Shown: positions 37,589-46,379 of the stretch, in pieces
Position numbering within the stretch: the first letter of the stretch is position 1
Layout of the letters: each line of letters begins with the position of its first letter
Origin: a virus
Taxonomy: Duplodnaviria > Caudoviricetes
Strand: one strand, 5' to 3'
Length of the DNA: 48,392 nt
IMG/VR virus record: IMGVR_UViG_3300035042_000091
Span: 1-48,392 of that record
The notes under the pieces: model-generated
What the model saw: the letters and a program-made list of their open reading frames with translations, nothing else
What the model was told of the DNA's origin: nothing
The model's database searches: none
Translations under genes and position numbers: made by a program

Positions 37589-37926
37589 TCCCTTTGATGT
37601 TCATTTAATCGAGCCTCTAAATCCTCTGCTCTTTCCTGCCGGTCTTTTTGATTATTATTAAGTTCTTCGGCTTTTTCTTTGCGATTTTCAGCTTTCTGCT
37701 GCAGCTCCTGGTCCTTTTCTTTTCTATCATCTATATTATTTTCTACTTCATTGACAACCTCTTTTTCCTGATCGGCCTGTTTCTGGACTTGTTTGCTCGC
37801 AGTTTTATAACCACCTGCAGCTCCAACTGCTCCTAAAATACTTGCCGCCTTCCATCCAAAAATAAAAAGCACTGTCAGAACAATGACAATTCCGATTGCA
37901 TAAAGATGCCATCTTTTTAATTTCAT
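37585..37926 (-). CDS. i-spanin-like protein
   Basis: MKLKRWH start, N-terminal TM segment and long coiled coil; overlaps the next gene. Confidence 0.55.
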   Translation of the reverse strand: MKLKRWHLYAIGIVIVLTVLFIFGWKAASILGAVGAAGGYKTASKQVQKQADQEKEVVNEVENNIDDRKEKDQELQQKAENRKEKAEELNNNQKDRQERAEDLEARLNEHQRE

Positions 37927-37927
37927 A

Positions 37928-38170
37928 TTATCCAACCTTTCTTTTAATAAAAGCTCTAATAGCATCGCGGCCACCAGTTAAAACAACTCCAAAGCTTAAT
38001 AAATATGTGATTGTTCTGCTGTCTAAATCCTGTCTGATATACCCCGCCACAGCCATACTTACACAAACAGCGGCTATCAAGTAAGTAGCAGTAAACTCAG
38101 CCCAGTCTGGAATGCCATTGTCATTAGAGTCTTCTCTTAAGTTAACTTCATTAACTTCTTTTTCTGGCAA
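37928..38170 (-). CDS. Putative holin
   Basis: 80 aa with two hydrophobic segments and a basic C-terminus; follows the endolysin. Confidence 0.6.
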   Translation of the reverse strand: MPEKEVNEVNLREDSNDNGIPDWAEFTATYLIAAVCVSMAVAGYIRQDLDSRTITYLLSFGVVLTGGRDAIRAFIKRKVG

Positions 38171-38175
38171 CTTAA

Positions 38176-38694
38176 TTACCTCCTTATAATCTCTATCCTT
38201 TTATTAACCCAACCACGGATAAACGTTTTAAATTTGTCGCTTTTCTCAGCTAGGTTAATATAATGCATAATTTGATAACCATTCAATAAATTAAATAAAC
38301 TTATAGGTTTGCCGCAATGATTGACAGCTTTTAAAGTGTTTGGGCCAATGACTCCATCAACTGCAATTTGATTATCAAAAAGTAAATTATATGACTTCTG
38401 CAAGTTTCTATTAGCTCTTCCGGGCCCCATATTAACTGCCTGATCAAACATTTCTTTTGCTATATCCCTGTTTTTAATTTTATTATACTTCTGATCAAGC
38501 CAAAATTCATGATAATAAATATCTCTAGCCTGATGCAGCTTTAAATCTTTCATGTCGCCTTCATAACCATTTCGCCTGGCTACTGCTTCTGTAATACCAA
38601 AGTTAGTCGCTCCCCCGGGATCATCTTTATGATTGACATAACCGCCCTCAATTTCCATTACTTCTTCAAAAGCTTCCTTAAAAATATTATCCAT
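38176..38694 (-). CDS. Endolysin, GH108 lysozyme with PG-binding domain
   Basis: EGGYVNH.DDPGGATNFGIT, FD.AVN.G, DGVIGP.T and F.RGW..R motifs. Confidence 0.93.
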   Translation of the reverse strand: MDNIFKEAFEEVMEIEGGYVNHKDDPGGATNFGITEAVARRNGYEGDMKDLKLHQARDIYYHEFWLDQKYNKIKNRDIAKEMFDQAVNMGPGRANRNLQKSYNLLFDNQIAVDGVIGPNTLKAVNHCGKPISLFNLLNGYQIMHYINLAEKSDKFKTFIRGWVNKRIEIIRR

Positions 38695-39081
38695 TTAAAT
38701 CACTCCTAATTGCGCCATTGTTAAAACAAAGGTAGCTGCAGAAGATACAACAGCTATTATCCAAGCTATATTATCCATAAGCCTATCTTTAGCTTTTTTC
38801 TTTCCTGTTTCTTCAGTTTTGGATTCTTCTATTTTATCCAATCTATCTTCATGATCTTGGTATTTCTCAATAAGACCATTATATTTATCAAACTTACCAT
38901 TAAACTCAGTTAACTGTGAAGTTAAGCCCTGAATCATTTCAAAAAGCTGCTGATTAGAGTACCAATCTCCTGACATCAGTTGCTTAATTTTTCTTTCATT
39001 GTCTTTTGATCTGTCATGATTATTTTCTATCTTTTCTCTTAAGGGGCATTCGTCTATGCTGTGCCCTTTACTATCCATCAA
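38695..39081 (-). CDS. Coiled-coil protein with C-terminal TM (holin/XhlA-like position)
   Basis: Directly upstream of the endolysin; single C-terminal hydrophobic helix. Confidence 0.55.
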   Translation of the reverse strand: MMDSKGHSIDECPLREKIENNHDRSKDNERKIKQLMSGDWYSNQQLFEMIQGLTSQLTEFNGKFDKYNGLIEKYQDHEDRLDKIEESKTEETGKKKAKDRLMDNIAWIIAVVSSAATFVLTMAQLGVI

Positions 39082-39155
39082 ATCACCTCAAACAGCCCCA
39101 CTACAAGGCAAAAGTATTTGCTTATCTTTATATTGCATCAACTTTTCAATTATAA

Positions 39156-40250
39156 TTATTCTTTTAAATCTAGTTGATTAAGTATTTCTTTATCTAGTTT
39201 ACCAATTGTTCTTTTCTTTAGATTATAACTGTTACAATGCTTTAAAATTCCTTTATAGCTTTGAACACTGGCATTTATATCATTAATATCAACCTCCCCT
39301 TCATAATAATTTTTCTGTAAATATTTCAATCTACTTTTCATTTTATTTTTAGTACTTTTCCTGAGTTTTCTGTAAGCAGGATAAGTAACATATCCACAAA
39401 AATCTATTCCTTCATTTATATTCCCCACAGTTGTTTTGTTGTTAAGTTCTAATTTTAAATAATCAGCAAGAAATATTTCTATTTCCTGCCTGATAGTATG
39501 TAATTCATTTTTGGATTTTCCTAAAATAATAAAATCATCCATATATCTAATATAATGTTTAGCCCTAAGTATATGTTTTACAAATTTATCTAAAAAATCT
39601 AAATAAATATTAGCAAACATCTGACTGGCTAGATTGCCAATAGGTATTCCAATTCCTTTTATTTTGTCCTCTTCAAAATAATGATCACCCAGATGAATAC
39701 CAAACTCACCATCATCGGTTTTGATTATCTGCCAAAGCAATCTTAAAGTATCTTTGCAATTTATTTTTCTTTTAATAATTTCAAAAAGAACTCTGTGATC
39801 TATCCGATAGAAATATTTTGCTACATCAGCTTTAAGAAAATAAGTTTCTCCTGGTTGCCTATCGAGCTTCCTCATCCAGTGCCTTAACTGATCTGCAGCA
39901 TAATGAGTCCCTTTATTTTCTCTGCAAGCACAACTATGCTCATAAAATATATTGTCGAAAATAGGGAAAATCTGTCTATATATGGCCCATTGAACTACTC
40001 GGTCCCTAAAAGGTAAAGCCATAACCAGTCTTTGCTTTGGTTCGTAAACATAAAACTGATGATATTTGCCCTGTTCATAAGTTTTGTGTATCAATTCATT
40101 CTGCAGCTGGATAAGATTGCTTTCTAACTGCCTGGTAAACTTTAAAACTTCATTTTTAAATCTTTTTTTCTTTCTTGCTTCTATATAAGCTAAATATAAA
40201 TTCTCAAAATCGTATATTTTTGGATATAAATTTCTAAATTTTTTTGGAAT
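39156..40250 (-). CDS. DGR reverse transcriptase (364 aa if started at ATT 40250)
   Basis: FRDRVVQ, GIPIGNLASQ and RYMDD motifs. The frame stays open 52 codons upstream of the track start and encodes NLYPKIYDFENLYLAY..AR. Confidence 0.95.
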   Translation of the reverse strand: MPKKFRNLYPKIYDFENLYLAYIEARKKKRFKNEVLKFTRQLESNLIQLQNELIHKTYEQGKYHQFYVYEPKQRLVMALPFRDRVVQWAIYRQIFPIFDNIFYEHSCACRENKGTHYAADQLRHWMRKLDRQPGETYFLKADVAKYFYRIDHRVLFEIIKRKINCKDTLRLLWQIIKTDDGEFGIHLGDHYFEEDKIKGIGIPIGNLASQMFANIYLDFLDKFVKHILRAKHYIRYMDDFIILGKSKNELHTIRQEIEIFLADYLKLELNNKTTVGNINEGIDFCGYVTYPAYRKLRKSTKNKMKSRLKYLQKNYYEGEVDINDINASVQSYKGILKHCNSYNLKKRTIGKLDKEILNQLDLKE

Positions 40251-40280
40251 GTTATCACCACTTTCTCTGTATTCAGGTGA

Positions 40281-40314
40281 AAAGAAAAACCCGCTCTTAT
40301 TTAGAGCAGGTTTT
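40281..40314 (-). terminator. Intrinsic terminator between TR and RT
   Basis: Minus strand AAAACCTGCTCT-AAATA-AGAGCGGGTTTT-TCTTT. Confidence 0.7.
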
Positions 40315-40493
40315 AAGGTGCCGGCCGTGACAACTTTCTATATTTCAATACTTGCTGCCTAACTGACAATTTAAATTTTTTCCTGGAGGGACAAATTTGT
40401 TTCTCAGGATGGAAGTAGGCCCCTTTATTTATGTTGCTGGCACTGGATAACAACCCAGTAGGTTGCTAACTTCTGGCCTAAAAATATAAATAG

Positions 40494-40608
40494 AGCGGAG
40501 CGGAAGCCAATGTTGTTGTTCGAGTTCGAACGCTCGTTGTTCAGGTTCAACTGAAAGACACCGGCTGTCGAGCCGTTGTTCCAGTTGCCACCACGGATCG
40601 GCAAACGC
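40494..40608 (-). repeat. DGR template repeat (TR)
   Basis: 115 bp with 26 adenines and 10 AAC codons; aligns without gaps to 41063..41177. Confidence 0.96.
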
Positions 40609-40638
40609 ATCGGCCTACTACCGAAAATTTATAAAATT

Positions 40639-40980
40639 TTATTGTTTCTTTTCTATTGTTTTCATCCAGCCGCCGATCAACTTACCTACTTCATCAAGTT
40701 TTTCGGACCAGATGCCATACTTTTTAAAAGGAAGAAATTCTAAATCTTTGGCTAATCTTATATAAGTAGTTATCAATTCTAATTGAGTATCCATTTCTCT
40801 TAATGTAGTTTTTTTATAATATTTTTTATTAGTTATGATAATTAATTTTAAAAGCTTTATCATTGCCTCTTTTATCTCTGCAGCAAAAGTATGCTTTTCG
40901 CTGCGAGGAAATTGTTTTAATGCCTGGTAACCATACTGGATCATGTCATAAGTCTTTTGATATACTATTAGATTTTCCAA
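40639..40980 (-). CDS. avd: DGR accessory variability determinant
   Basis: FPRSEK..., L..YIRLA.DL and EVGKLIGGW motifs; basic four-helix protein; TTG at 40980 after an AAGGA SD. Confidence 0.92.
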   Translation of the reverse strand: MENLIVYQKTYDMIQYGYQALKQFPRSEKHTFAAEIKEAMIKLLKLIIITNKKYYKKTTLREMDTQLELITTYIRLAKDLEFLPFKKYGIWSEKLDEVGKLIGGWMKTIEKKQ

Positions 40981-41001
40981 ATTATCATCCTTCAAGTAAT
41001 G

Positions 41002-41027
41002 TAGGGGAAGGCTATCGCCCACCCCTA
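41002..41027 (-). promoter_or_regulatory. DGR homing hairpin downstream of VR
   Basis: Minus strand TAGGGGTGGGC-GATA-GCCTTCCCCTA (GRNA loop), about 20 nt after the target stop codon. Confidence 0.75.
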
Positions 41028-41047
41028 ACAGATTTTAGAGTTCAGAT

Positions 41048-42076
41048 TTATAGAGAAACAAAAGCGGAGCGGAAGCCAATGCTGTAGCCCGAGCTCGAAC
41101 GCTCGTTGTTCAGGTGCAACTGAAAGACACCGGCTGCCGAGCCGTGGTTCCAGCGGCCACCACGGAGCGGCAAACGCTCACCGTAGTTTCTAACATAAAT
41201 ATAATCTCCGTTATATCCTGTGCCTTCCGGGAATACAGCCAAATATTTTAGTCTTTCAGGAACTGTAAAGCCAGTATCAGCGGTCATATTCTCAAAAATA
41301 TGAGAGATATATTCGCTACTTGCTTCGTCCATTACATTGTCAATTACACTATCAAGCTGTAATGTAGTGCCGTCTACATCCATATAAGCTCCGAGATCTA
41401 ACCAGCCTGTATTATCTCCAGCAGCATTACCAGTCTGAAAATCATTTTCATCATGAACCCAAATTTTACCGTCAACTAGCTTTAAGCCATCGACCCATTC
41501 ATGAACATTTCCATTTAAATCAAATATGCCTGCTAGAGTTCCATCGTGAGACCATGAAGCAGGTCCAGATCCGGTTGCTACCCTATATGTTTTGTAAGGG
41601 TCTCCACCACCATAAGTTTCTACACCTTTTTCATGCGGAGCACTTATATCCTGACCATAGTCATTGTTACCTCTGGGCTCATAACCATTTTTCCTGCACC
41701 AGAGTGCAATAGCAGCCCATTCTGCATTGGTCATAAGATGCCAGCCAGTTCCCTTAGCAAATGATGCAGCTCTCGCTGTATCAAAATTAATTGATGTTGC
41801 TGGGTCCTGATTAGGGATTGAATAAGCCCGGCTGTTCTTGATAATATTTTGATATTTTGAAATGAAAATTTCATCCTTAACCACACCGTTAACAATGAAA
41901 GCTGGATGCGGTTCGTTTGGCCAGGTGTCTACAACATCATCTAAATTAAACTTAGGCAGCCTATACATAACAGAAGGATTTCCCTGATCATCATATAGAA
42001 CTGTGTTTCTTCCTCCGGTTTGAGCTTCAACAGCTGCTCTGTAACTATCTTTTATACTAAATACAAAAGGTTCCAT
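41048..42076 (-). CDS. DGR target: Mtd-like / FGE-type C-type-lectin-fold receptor-binding protein
   Basis: HPAF, WHLMTNAEW, GIFDLNGNVHEW and RGG.W...GFR motifs; VR at the C-terminus; last tail gene. Confidence 0.9.
   Translation of the reverse strand: MEPFVFSIKDSYRAAVEAQTGGRNTVLYDDQGNPSVMYRLPKFNLDDVVDTWPNEPHPAFIVNGVVKDEIFISKYQNIIKNSRAYSIPNQDPATSINFDTARAASFAKGTGWHLMTNAEWAAIALWCRKNGYEPRGNNDYGQDISAPHEKGVETYGGGDPYKTYRVATGSGPASWSHDGTLAGIFDLNGNVHEWVDGLKLVDGKIWVHDENDFQTGNAAGDNTGWLDLGAYMDVDGTTLQLDSVIDNVMDEASSEYISHIFENMTADTGFTVPERLKYLAVFPEGTGYNGDYIYVRNYGERLPLRGGRWNHGSAAGVFQLHLNNERSSSGYSIGFRSAFVSL
41063..41177 (-). repeat. DGR variable repeat (VR)
   Basis: 11 mismatches to TR, all at TR adenines. 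Confidence 0.96.
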
Positions 42077-42450
42077 TAATTAATCACTTCCTCTTTTTGA
42101 TTTTGTTTAAGAATATAATTAGGTAGAGCCCATAAATCGAGCACTACTTCGTCTACATTAAAAGGTTTTTTGACCTTTTCGTAAACTGTTTTTCCATCTT
42201 CGTCCACTTCTCCAGTGCCCTGCATTTCATATTCAGCTGCAGGAATAGTTATGTGTGCTACATACCATTTATCGATACCTTCCACCAGATTACCTGTTTT
42301 ATTTGTGCAAATATCGACAGTTTTCTTTTCATCATCCTGCATTACCTCTAAATCAAGGCCAATGCTTTTATCTAAAACACTCAAAACTAAAAAATTCCCA
42401 TTTAGGGAATAGTCAGCTTTTTCTCCAGTATTCAATTCGTTAATTATCAT
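42076..42450 (-). CDS. Tail-tip accessory protein upstream of the DGR target
   Basis: Translationally coupled to the target gene. Confidence 0.55.
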   Translation of the reverse strand: MIINELNTGEKADYSLNGNFLVLSVLDKSIGLDLEVMQDDEKKTVDICTNKTGNLVEGIDKWYVAHITIPAAEYEMQGTGEVDEDGKTVYEKVKKPFNVDEVVLDLWALPNYILKQNQKEEVIN

Positions 42451-42466
42451 CTATTGCTGCACCTCC

Positions 42467-42928
42467 TTATTTGACATCAAAGTTAATTAAAGTCCATTTG
42501 ATAGTCGCTTCATCTTCACTACCGGTAAAACTAACTTTAAATCCATTTGATGTCTTGTCATAAACCTTTATGTCACCAACAAAGCCAGGGTCACCAGATA
42601 CAAGCTCAGTAACTACTTGATAATCAGGTGCATCATACTGCACAAAACCATCTAAAGCTACAGCTGTATAATTATCAGCAGTGACAGTCACTTCTCCCTG
42701 CATTATTTTTTGCTTTTTTATTTTCTCAAATTCCTGGTTAAGTTTCTGAACAAACTGCAGAGTCTGGAAAGCAAGTATCCCGGATGGTCCTAAAGCTGTT
42801 TGAACACCGGATTCAATTCTTTCCATTTTCTTTTTACTTATAACTGTACCCTGCTGTATAACATTACCATCTGCATCCACTACATGATCTATCCACTCGA
42901 GTGGAGTATAATTTTCATCATATATCAT
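42467..42928 (-). CDS. Short tail fibre / adaptor-like protein
   Basis: W.DHVVD..QQGT, coiled coil, and beta C-terminal domain (DK..NGFKV). Confidence 0.55.
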   Translation of the reverse strand: MIYDENYTPLEWIDHVVDADGNVIQQGTVISKKKMERIESGVQTALGPSGILAFQTLQFVQKLNQEFEKIKKQKIMQGEVTVTADNYTAVALDGFVQYDAPDYQVVTELVSGDPGFVGDIKVYDKTSNGFKVSFTGSEDEATIKWTLINFDVK

Positions 42929-42935
42929 TTATTAT

Positions 42936-43250
42936 TTACACCTCCTGGATATCAAAATCAAAAGCGATCAATAAACCTTTTAAATCTCCTTTTTCTATCT
43001 GATCTGGTTTATCAGCAAAAATACTTCCTTCATCATCAATGAGCTCAAAATTGGTTAGGTCCCCAACTCCCTCGGCTTCATTTAAATAGAGAAAGATTCT
43101 AAGTTTGCTGCCATCTATTTTAACTTTATAAATGTCAGTTTCTTTTTTCTGGCCATTGACAGTATAAGTGCCGTGACTAATAAAACTGTCAGTTTCTCGT
43201 GCTAATTTATTGAGGCCTGCACTTGTGATCATATTGCCACCTCCCCGCAT
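42936..43250 (-). CDS. Small baseplate / fibre-attachment protein
   Basis: Synteny; start probably MITSAG. Confidence 0.5.
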   Translation of the reverse strand: MRGGGNMITSAGLNKLARETDSFISHGTYTVNGQKKETDIYKVKIDGSKLRIFLYLNEAEGVGDLTNFELIDDEGSIFADKPDQIEKGDLKGLLIAFDFDIQEV

Positions 43251-44155
43251 CTAAAGGTATTGCAGTAATTATAATCTTTAGTGTACTTTTCATAGCTGGT
43301 ATTAAAGTTAAGTATTGATTTAAAACTATAACCTCTGTTGCTTTCTTCATATCCTCCAGAAATCAAATTAGCTGTAAAGGGTAATATTTGATCAGCAGTG
43401 CTGTAAATTTCTTGCACCTTCATTCTGTCAATAATACCTTCGGGATAATCAATTTCTGTGCTGCCGGAATATAGTCCGGCCAAAAAAGGATATTCTTGCT
43501 TTTGGGTAGAGTATTTTTCATATACATTACTTAAATAGATTTCACCTGTAAACTGATCAGTCCATTCTCCAGTCTTAATCGTGTCGCAATAAGGCAAGGT
43601 AGACATTTCAGTATAGGGCATTGTGGCAACTATATTGATATCATCTTCTTCAATTAAAAAGAAATCAGTACTTATTCCACCACCAACTACATTATTAAAG
43701 AGATTAATAAATCTTTCATAAGTTATGTTGTAATCGCTGAAAACTTCAGAAGGAAAAGACAGAAATATAGATGCAGGCTGTTCTTCAGTGACAAAAGACC
43801 ATCCTTCTTGAACATAAATATCCTCTGGCGGCCTGTCTATTGCCAGGCTCAATGCATCAATTATATGAGGTATTGAGCCGTCACTGGTGTTCTCTGCTAT
43901 TTTTATTCTGATTAATAGACGATATAAAGTATCATCATTACCTTTTCTCGACTCACCAACGTTTGCACCATAATGATCTAATGTTTTCCCATAAGCTTCG
44001 TTTAGATTTTTAACTTCTTCTATATCATCAAAAGCAGTTTGAACAATCTCCATTTCTTCTGCTAACATTCTTAGCTTTTTAACAAAATCGGAATCCTCAT
44101 CTTTAGTAATAAAGCTTATAAACTTCTCTTTCATTGCTTCTAATATTTTAGACAT
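43229..44155 (-). CDS. Baseplate wedge protein (gpI/DUF2612-like) with C-terminal repeats
   Basis: G.TLD.YG.NVG..R..DD..YR..I motif; follows baseplate J. Confidence 0.7.
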   Translation of the reverse strand: MSKILEAMKEKFISFITKDEDSDFVKKLRMLAEEMEIVQTAFDDIEEVKNLNEAYGKTLDHYGANVGESRKGNDDTLYRLLIRIKIAENTSDGSIPHIIDALSLAIDRPPEDIYVQEGWSFVTEEQPASIFLSFPSEVFSDYNITYERFINLFNNVVGGGISTDFFLIEEDDINIVATMPYTEMSTLPYCDTIKTGEWTDQFTGEIYLSNVYEKYSTQKQEYPFLAGLYSGSTEIDYPEGIIDRMKVQEIYSTADQILPFTANLISGGYEESNRGYSFKSILNFNTSYEKYTKDYNYCNTFRCGEVAI

Positions 44156-45317
44156 GGTTGATCACAACCTTAGTTGGATCAGTAATTGCAACTTCCAATC
44201 CTGAAATCTCAATATTATCTTTTGTGGTTGGGCTCGCAGTGGTGCCGATATATAATTCAAAATCAATAATACCGCTGCAGGCTCCATGTATTTCATGAGT
44301 AATTTTGGAGTGAATAATATCATCAGCTATAATCAATTCGTCTAAATAATCAACTATGGCATCAGTTATCAGCTCATCACCATCTACAGGGTAATCATCA
44401 TTAGTAATCAGGTCTATTGTGTAATATGTATCTACATCAGTAGGCCTTGAAAACCCTATTTTATGGATAGTTCCACCCTCATCAAAAACATCAGTGATTA
44501 TATCCCCATATGCTCTTATTCCGCCGGCTTTTGCAGTATAAATAGCCTTAGCAATATCTTCTTCAAGCCCTCCCAGAACTACAGCAAATACCGACTTCAT
44601 AGGCATACCGAGAGAGTTAGTCTGTTCAGTATCATTTTCAAATACTTTTACCTGTCTAACTTCATTTATATCAGATACTGCAGCAGTAATAGCCGCAATT
44701 ACATCACTAGAGTTCTGGCCCAGCTGATTAAAATATCTGTTTCTTAGTTCGTGATTTGTTTCTCTATCTCTTCCAAAATCGGCTGCTATAGGATTTGTAA
44801 TTGAATCAACACCAGAAATAGGCTGAGTAATAACAGTAATAGTATTAGCCGGCACATTTCCTTTTTCACCAGCTTCTTTTGCTATTAACTGGACTTCTGT
44901 TTCTCCATTTGATTGGATGGTAGTATTATATTTAGTTTCAAATTTAATTGAACTGTCAGTTTCAGTTTCAACAGTCCAACCTTTGTCTATTTCAGTACCA
45001 GGGGTTCCTATTACAGTCAGTGGAACTTCTGATTTTCTTTTTCCTTTTCTTTTTACATTAAGATTAGATACGGCATAATCTAAGCTTTGATCTTCTGCCA
45101 AAATTACATAAGCTGAATTATATACTTTTTCAGCTACAGACCAGATCAATGATAAGCTGAAAGCAAATAATCTTATAAACCAGCCGTTAGGAGAGGAAGA
45201 GGACAAATTGACATCATCTCCAAAAAGACTTTTTGCTTTTTCTTCTAAAGATTCTACAATATCTTGATAAGTTTTTTTCTTAAATCCTTTTTCTGTTACA
45301 CCGAATTCATCAGACAT
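44148..45317 (-). CDS. Baseplate J-like protein
   Basis: G..GNV.ANTI, G.D.ET..ELR.R and FSRP motifs. Confidence 0.9.
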   Translation of the reverse strand: MSDEFGVTEKGFKKKTYQDIVESLEEKAKSLFGDDVNLSSSSPNGWFIRLFAFSLSLIWSVAEKVYNSAYVILAEDQSLDYAVSNLNVKRKGKRKSEVPLTVIGTPGTEIDKGWTVETETDSSIKFETKYNTTIQSNGETEVQLIAKEAGEKGNVPANTITVITQPISGVDSITNPIAADFGRDRETNHELRNRYFNQLGQNSSDVIAAITAAVSDINEVRQVKVFENDTEQTNSLGMPMKSVFAVVLGGLEEDIAKAIYTAKAGGIRAYGDIITDVFDEGGTIHKIGFSRPTDVDTYYTIDLITNDDYPVDGDELITDAIVDYLDELIIADDIIHSKITHEIHGACSGIIDFELYIGTTASPTTKDNIEISGLEVAITDPTKVVINHV

Positions 45318-45682
45318 TAAAATTCCACCTCCCCTGACGATTCAATTAAACCTTCAGTAGTCAAAGCTTTAAAAAATATTTTAAGCTTTCTATTGCTTTT
45401 GCCAGAAATATCAACATTAATTTCTAAAATTTCTTTAACTCTATCTTCTTTATAAATTGTTTTGATTAGCTCTGACCTATGCTTTCGGGCTGTTGCTTTT
45501 TCTCTGAAAAGTTTTAACCAGGGGTGACCAAAGTCTAAATCAAAAATCCATTCTCCCTGATTTGTCATTATTCTGATCCAGAGTGCTTGCTCAAGCTCCA
45601 TCTTTCCTGTCACTTCTTCTATATCATGTAATTCATTAAGTTTTGTAGTGCCTTTTTCTTTATCAAAATAAAAACTTCTCAT
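45317..45682 (-). CDS. Baseplate wedge / sheath initiator (gp25/DUF2634-like)
   Basis: GEW.FD..FG.PW motif. Confidence 0.75.
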   Translation of the reverse strand: MRSFYFDKEKGTTKLNELHDIEEVTGKMELEQALWIRIMTNQGEWIFDLDFGHPWLKLFREKATARKHRSELIKTIYKEDRVKEILEINVDISGKSNRKLKIFFKALTTEGLIESSGEVEF

Positions 45683-45698
45683 ATAATCACCACCTAAC

Positions 45699-46379
45699 TT
45701 ACCCGGATGTTACATTTCCACTTCCAGCCGTTATTTTACCAACATGAGTACCGGCAGATGATCCACCACTAACATATGTTTCGATAGCATCTCCTACTCT
45801 TGCAACTGGAGGGCCCCCTCCAGCCAAATCAACTTCACCATTAACAGTGGTTTTTGGTGCATTAACTATCGCAGGGCCACTAGAATTAATAGTGGTTTCT
45901 CCATTAGTCTTAATTAATAGATCACCATTAACTTTCATTACTATTCTGCTGTCTGCTTCTTGATTTTCAAAAAGCAAATCTTGACCATAGTTAGAATTTA
46001 ACTTGTTTTCCTGTTCAGCTTTTAAACCCTTTATTACCACAGCATCATCAAAAGCATGTTTCCTTTTGTACTTAACGCTTTCTGGATCGCCGGTTATTAA
46101 TAATTTATCCAGGGCTCTTTCATTGAAAAGCACCTGGACCACATCACCTTTTTGATATGGAGGTCTAATCACAAAAGGACCAGCATTTAAATGGCCAACA
46201 GGAACTTCTATTATTTTGGGAATTGTAACTTCTTCATCATTCAATATTTTTTTAGATAAAAGAGTGATTTCAGCTATCATAGTTTCTGGATCATAATTTT
46301 CTATTTTAGCTGGCAAAGCTACATGCAGCTCTTTTAATTCCTGATCAATCAATTTTTTCATTAATTTTGAACCTCTCAT
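45699..46379 (-). CDS. Baseplate central spike (Gp138/gpV-like)
   Basis: OB-fold N-terminus (P..KGD.V..F.ER..D...R.H..DA), beta repeats and a PAAR-like tip. Confidence 0.82.
   Translation of the reverse strand: MRGSKLMKKLIDQELKELHVALPAKIENYDPETMIAEITLLSKKILNDEEVTIPKIIEVPVGHLNAGPFVIRPPYQKGDVVQVLFNERALDKLLITGDPESVKYKRKHAFDDAVVIKGLKAEQENKLNSNYGQDLLFENQEADSRIVMKVNGDLLIKTNGETTINSSGPAIVNAPKTTVNGEVDLAGGGPPVARVGDAIETYVSGGSSAGTHVGKITAGSGNVTSG

Noticed and set aside
39156-40250. RT as group II intron, retron or Abi RT
   Set aside because: The avd gene, the TR/VR pair and the GNLASQ motif identify it as a DGR RT; no maturase/endonuclease extension.
40425-40610. 61-aa ORF resembling the target C-terminus
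   Set aside because: It is the TR read in frame; it has no SD and TR acts as RNA.
40981-41022. avd start at 41022 as given in the ORF track
   Set aside because: It lies within the homing hairpin; TTG at 40980 has an SD and gives a typical Avd N-terminus.
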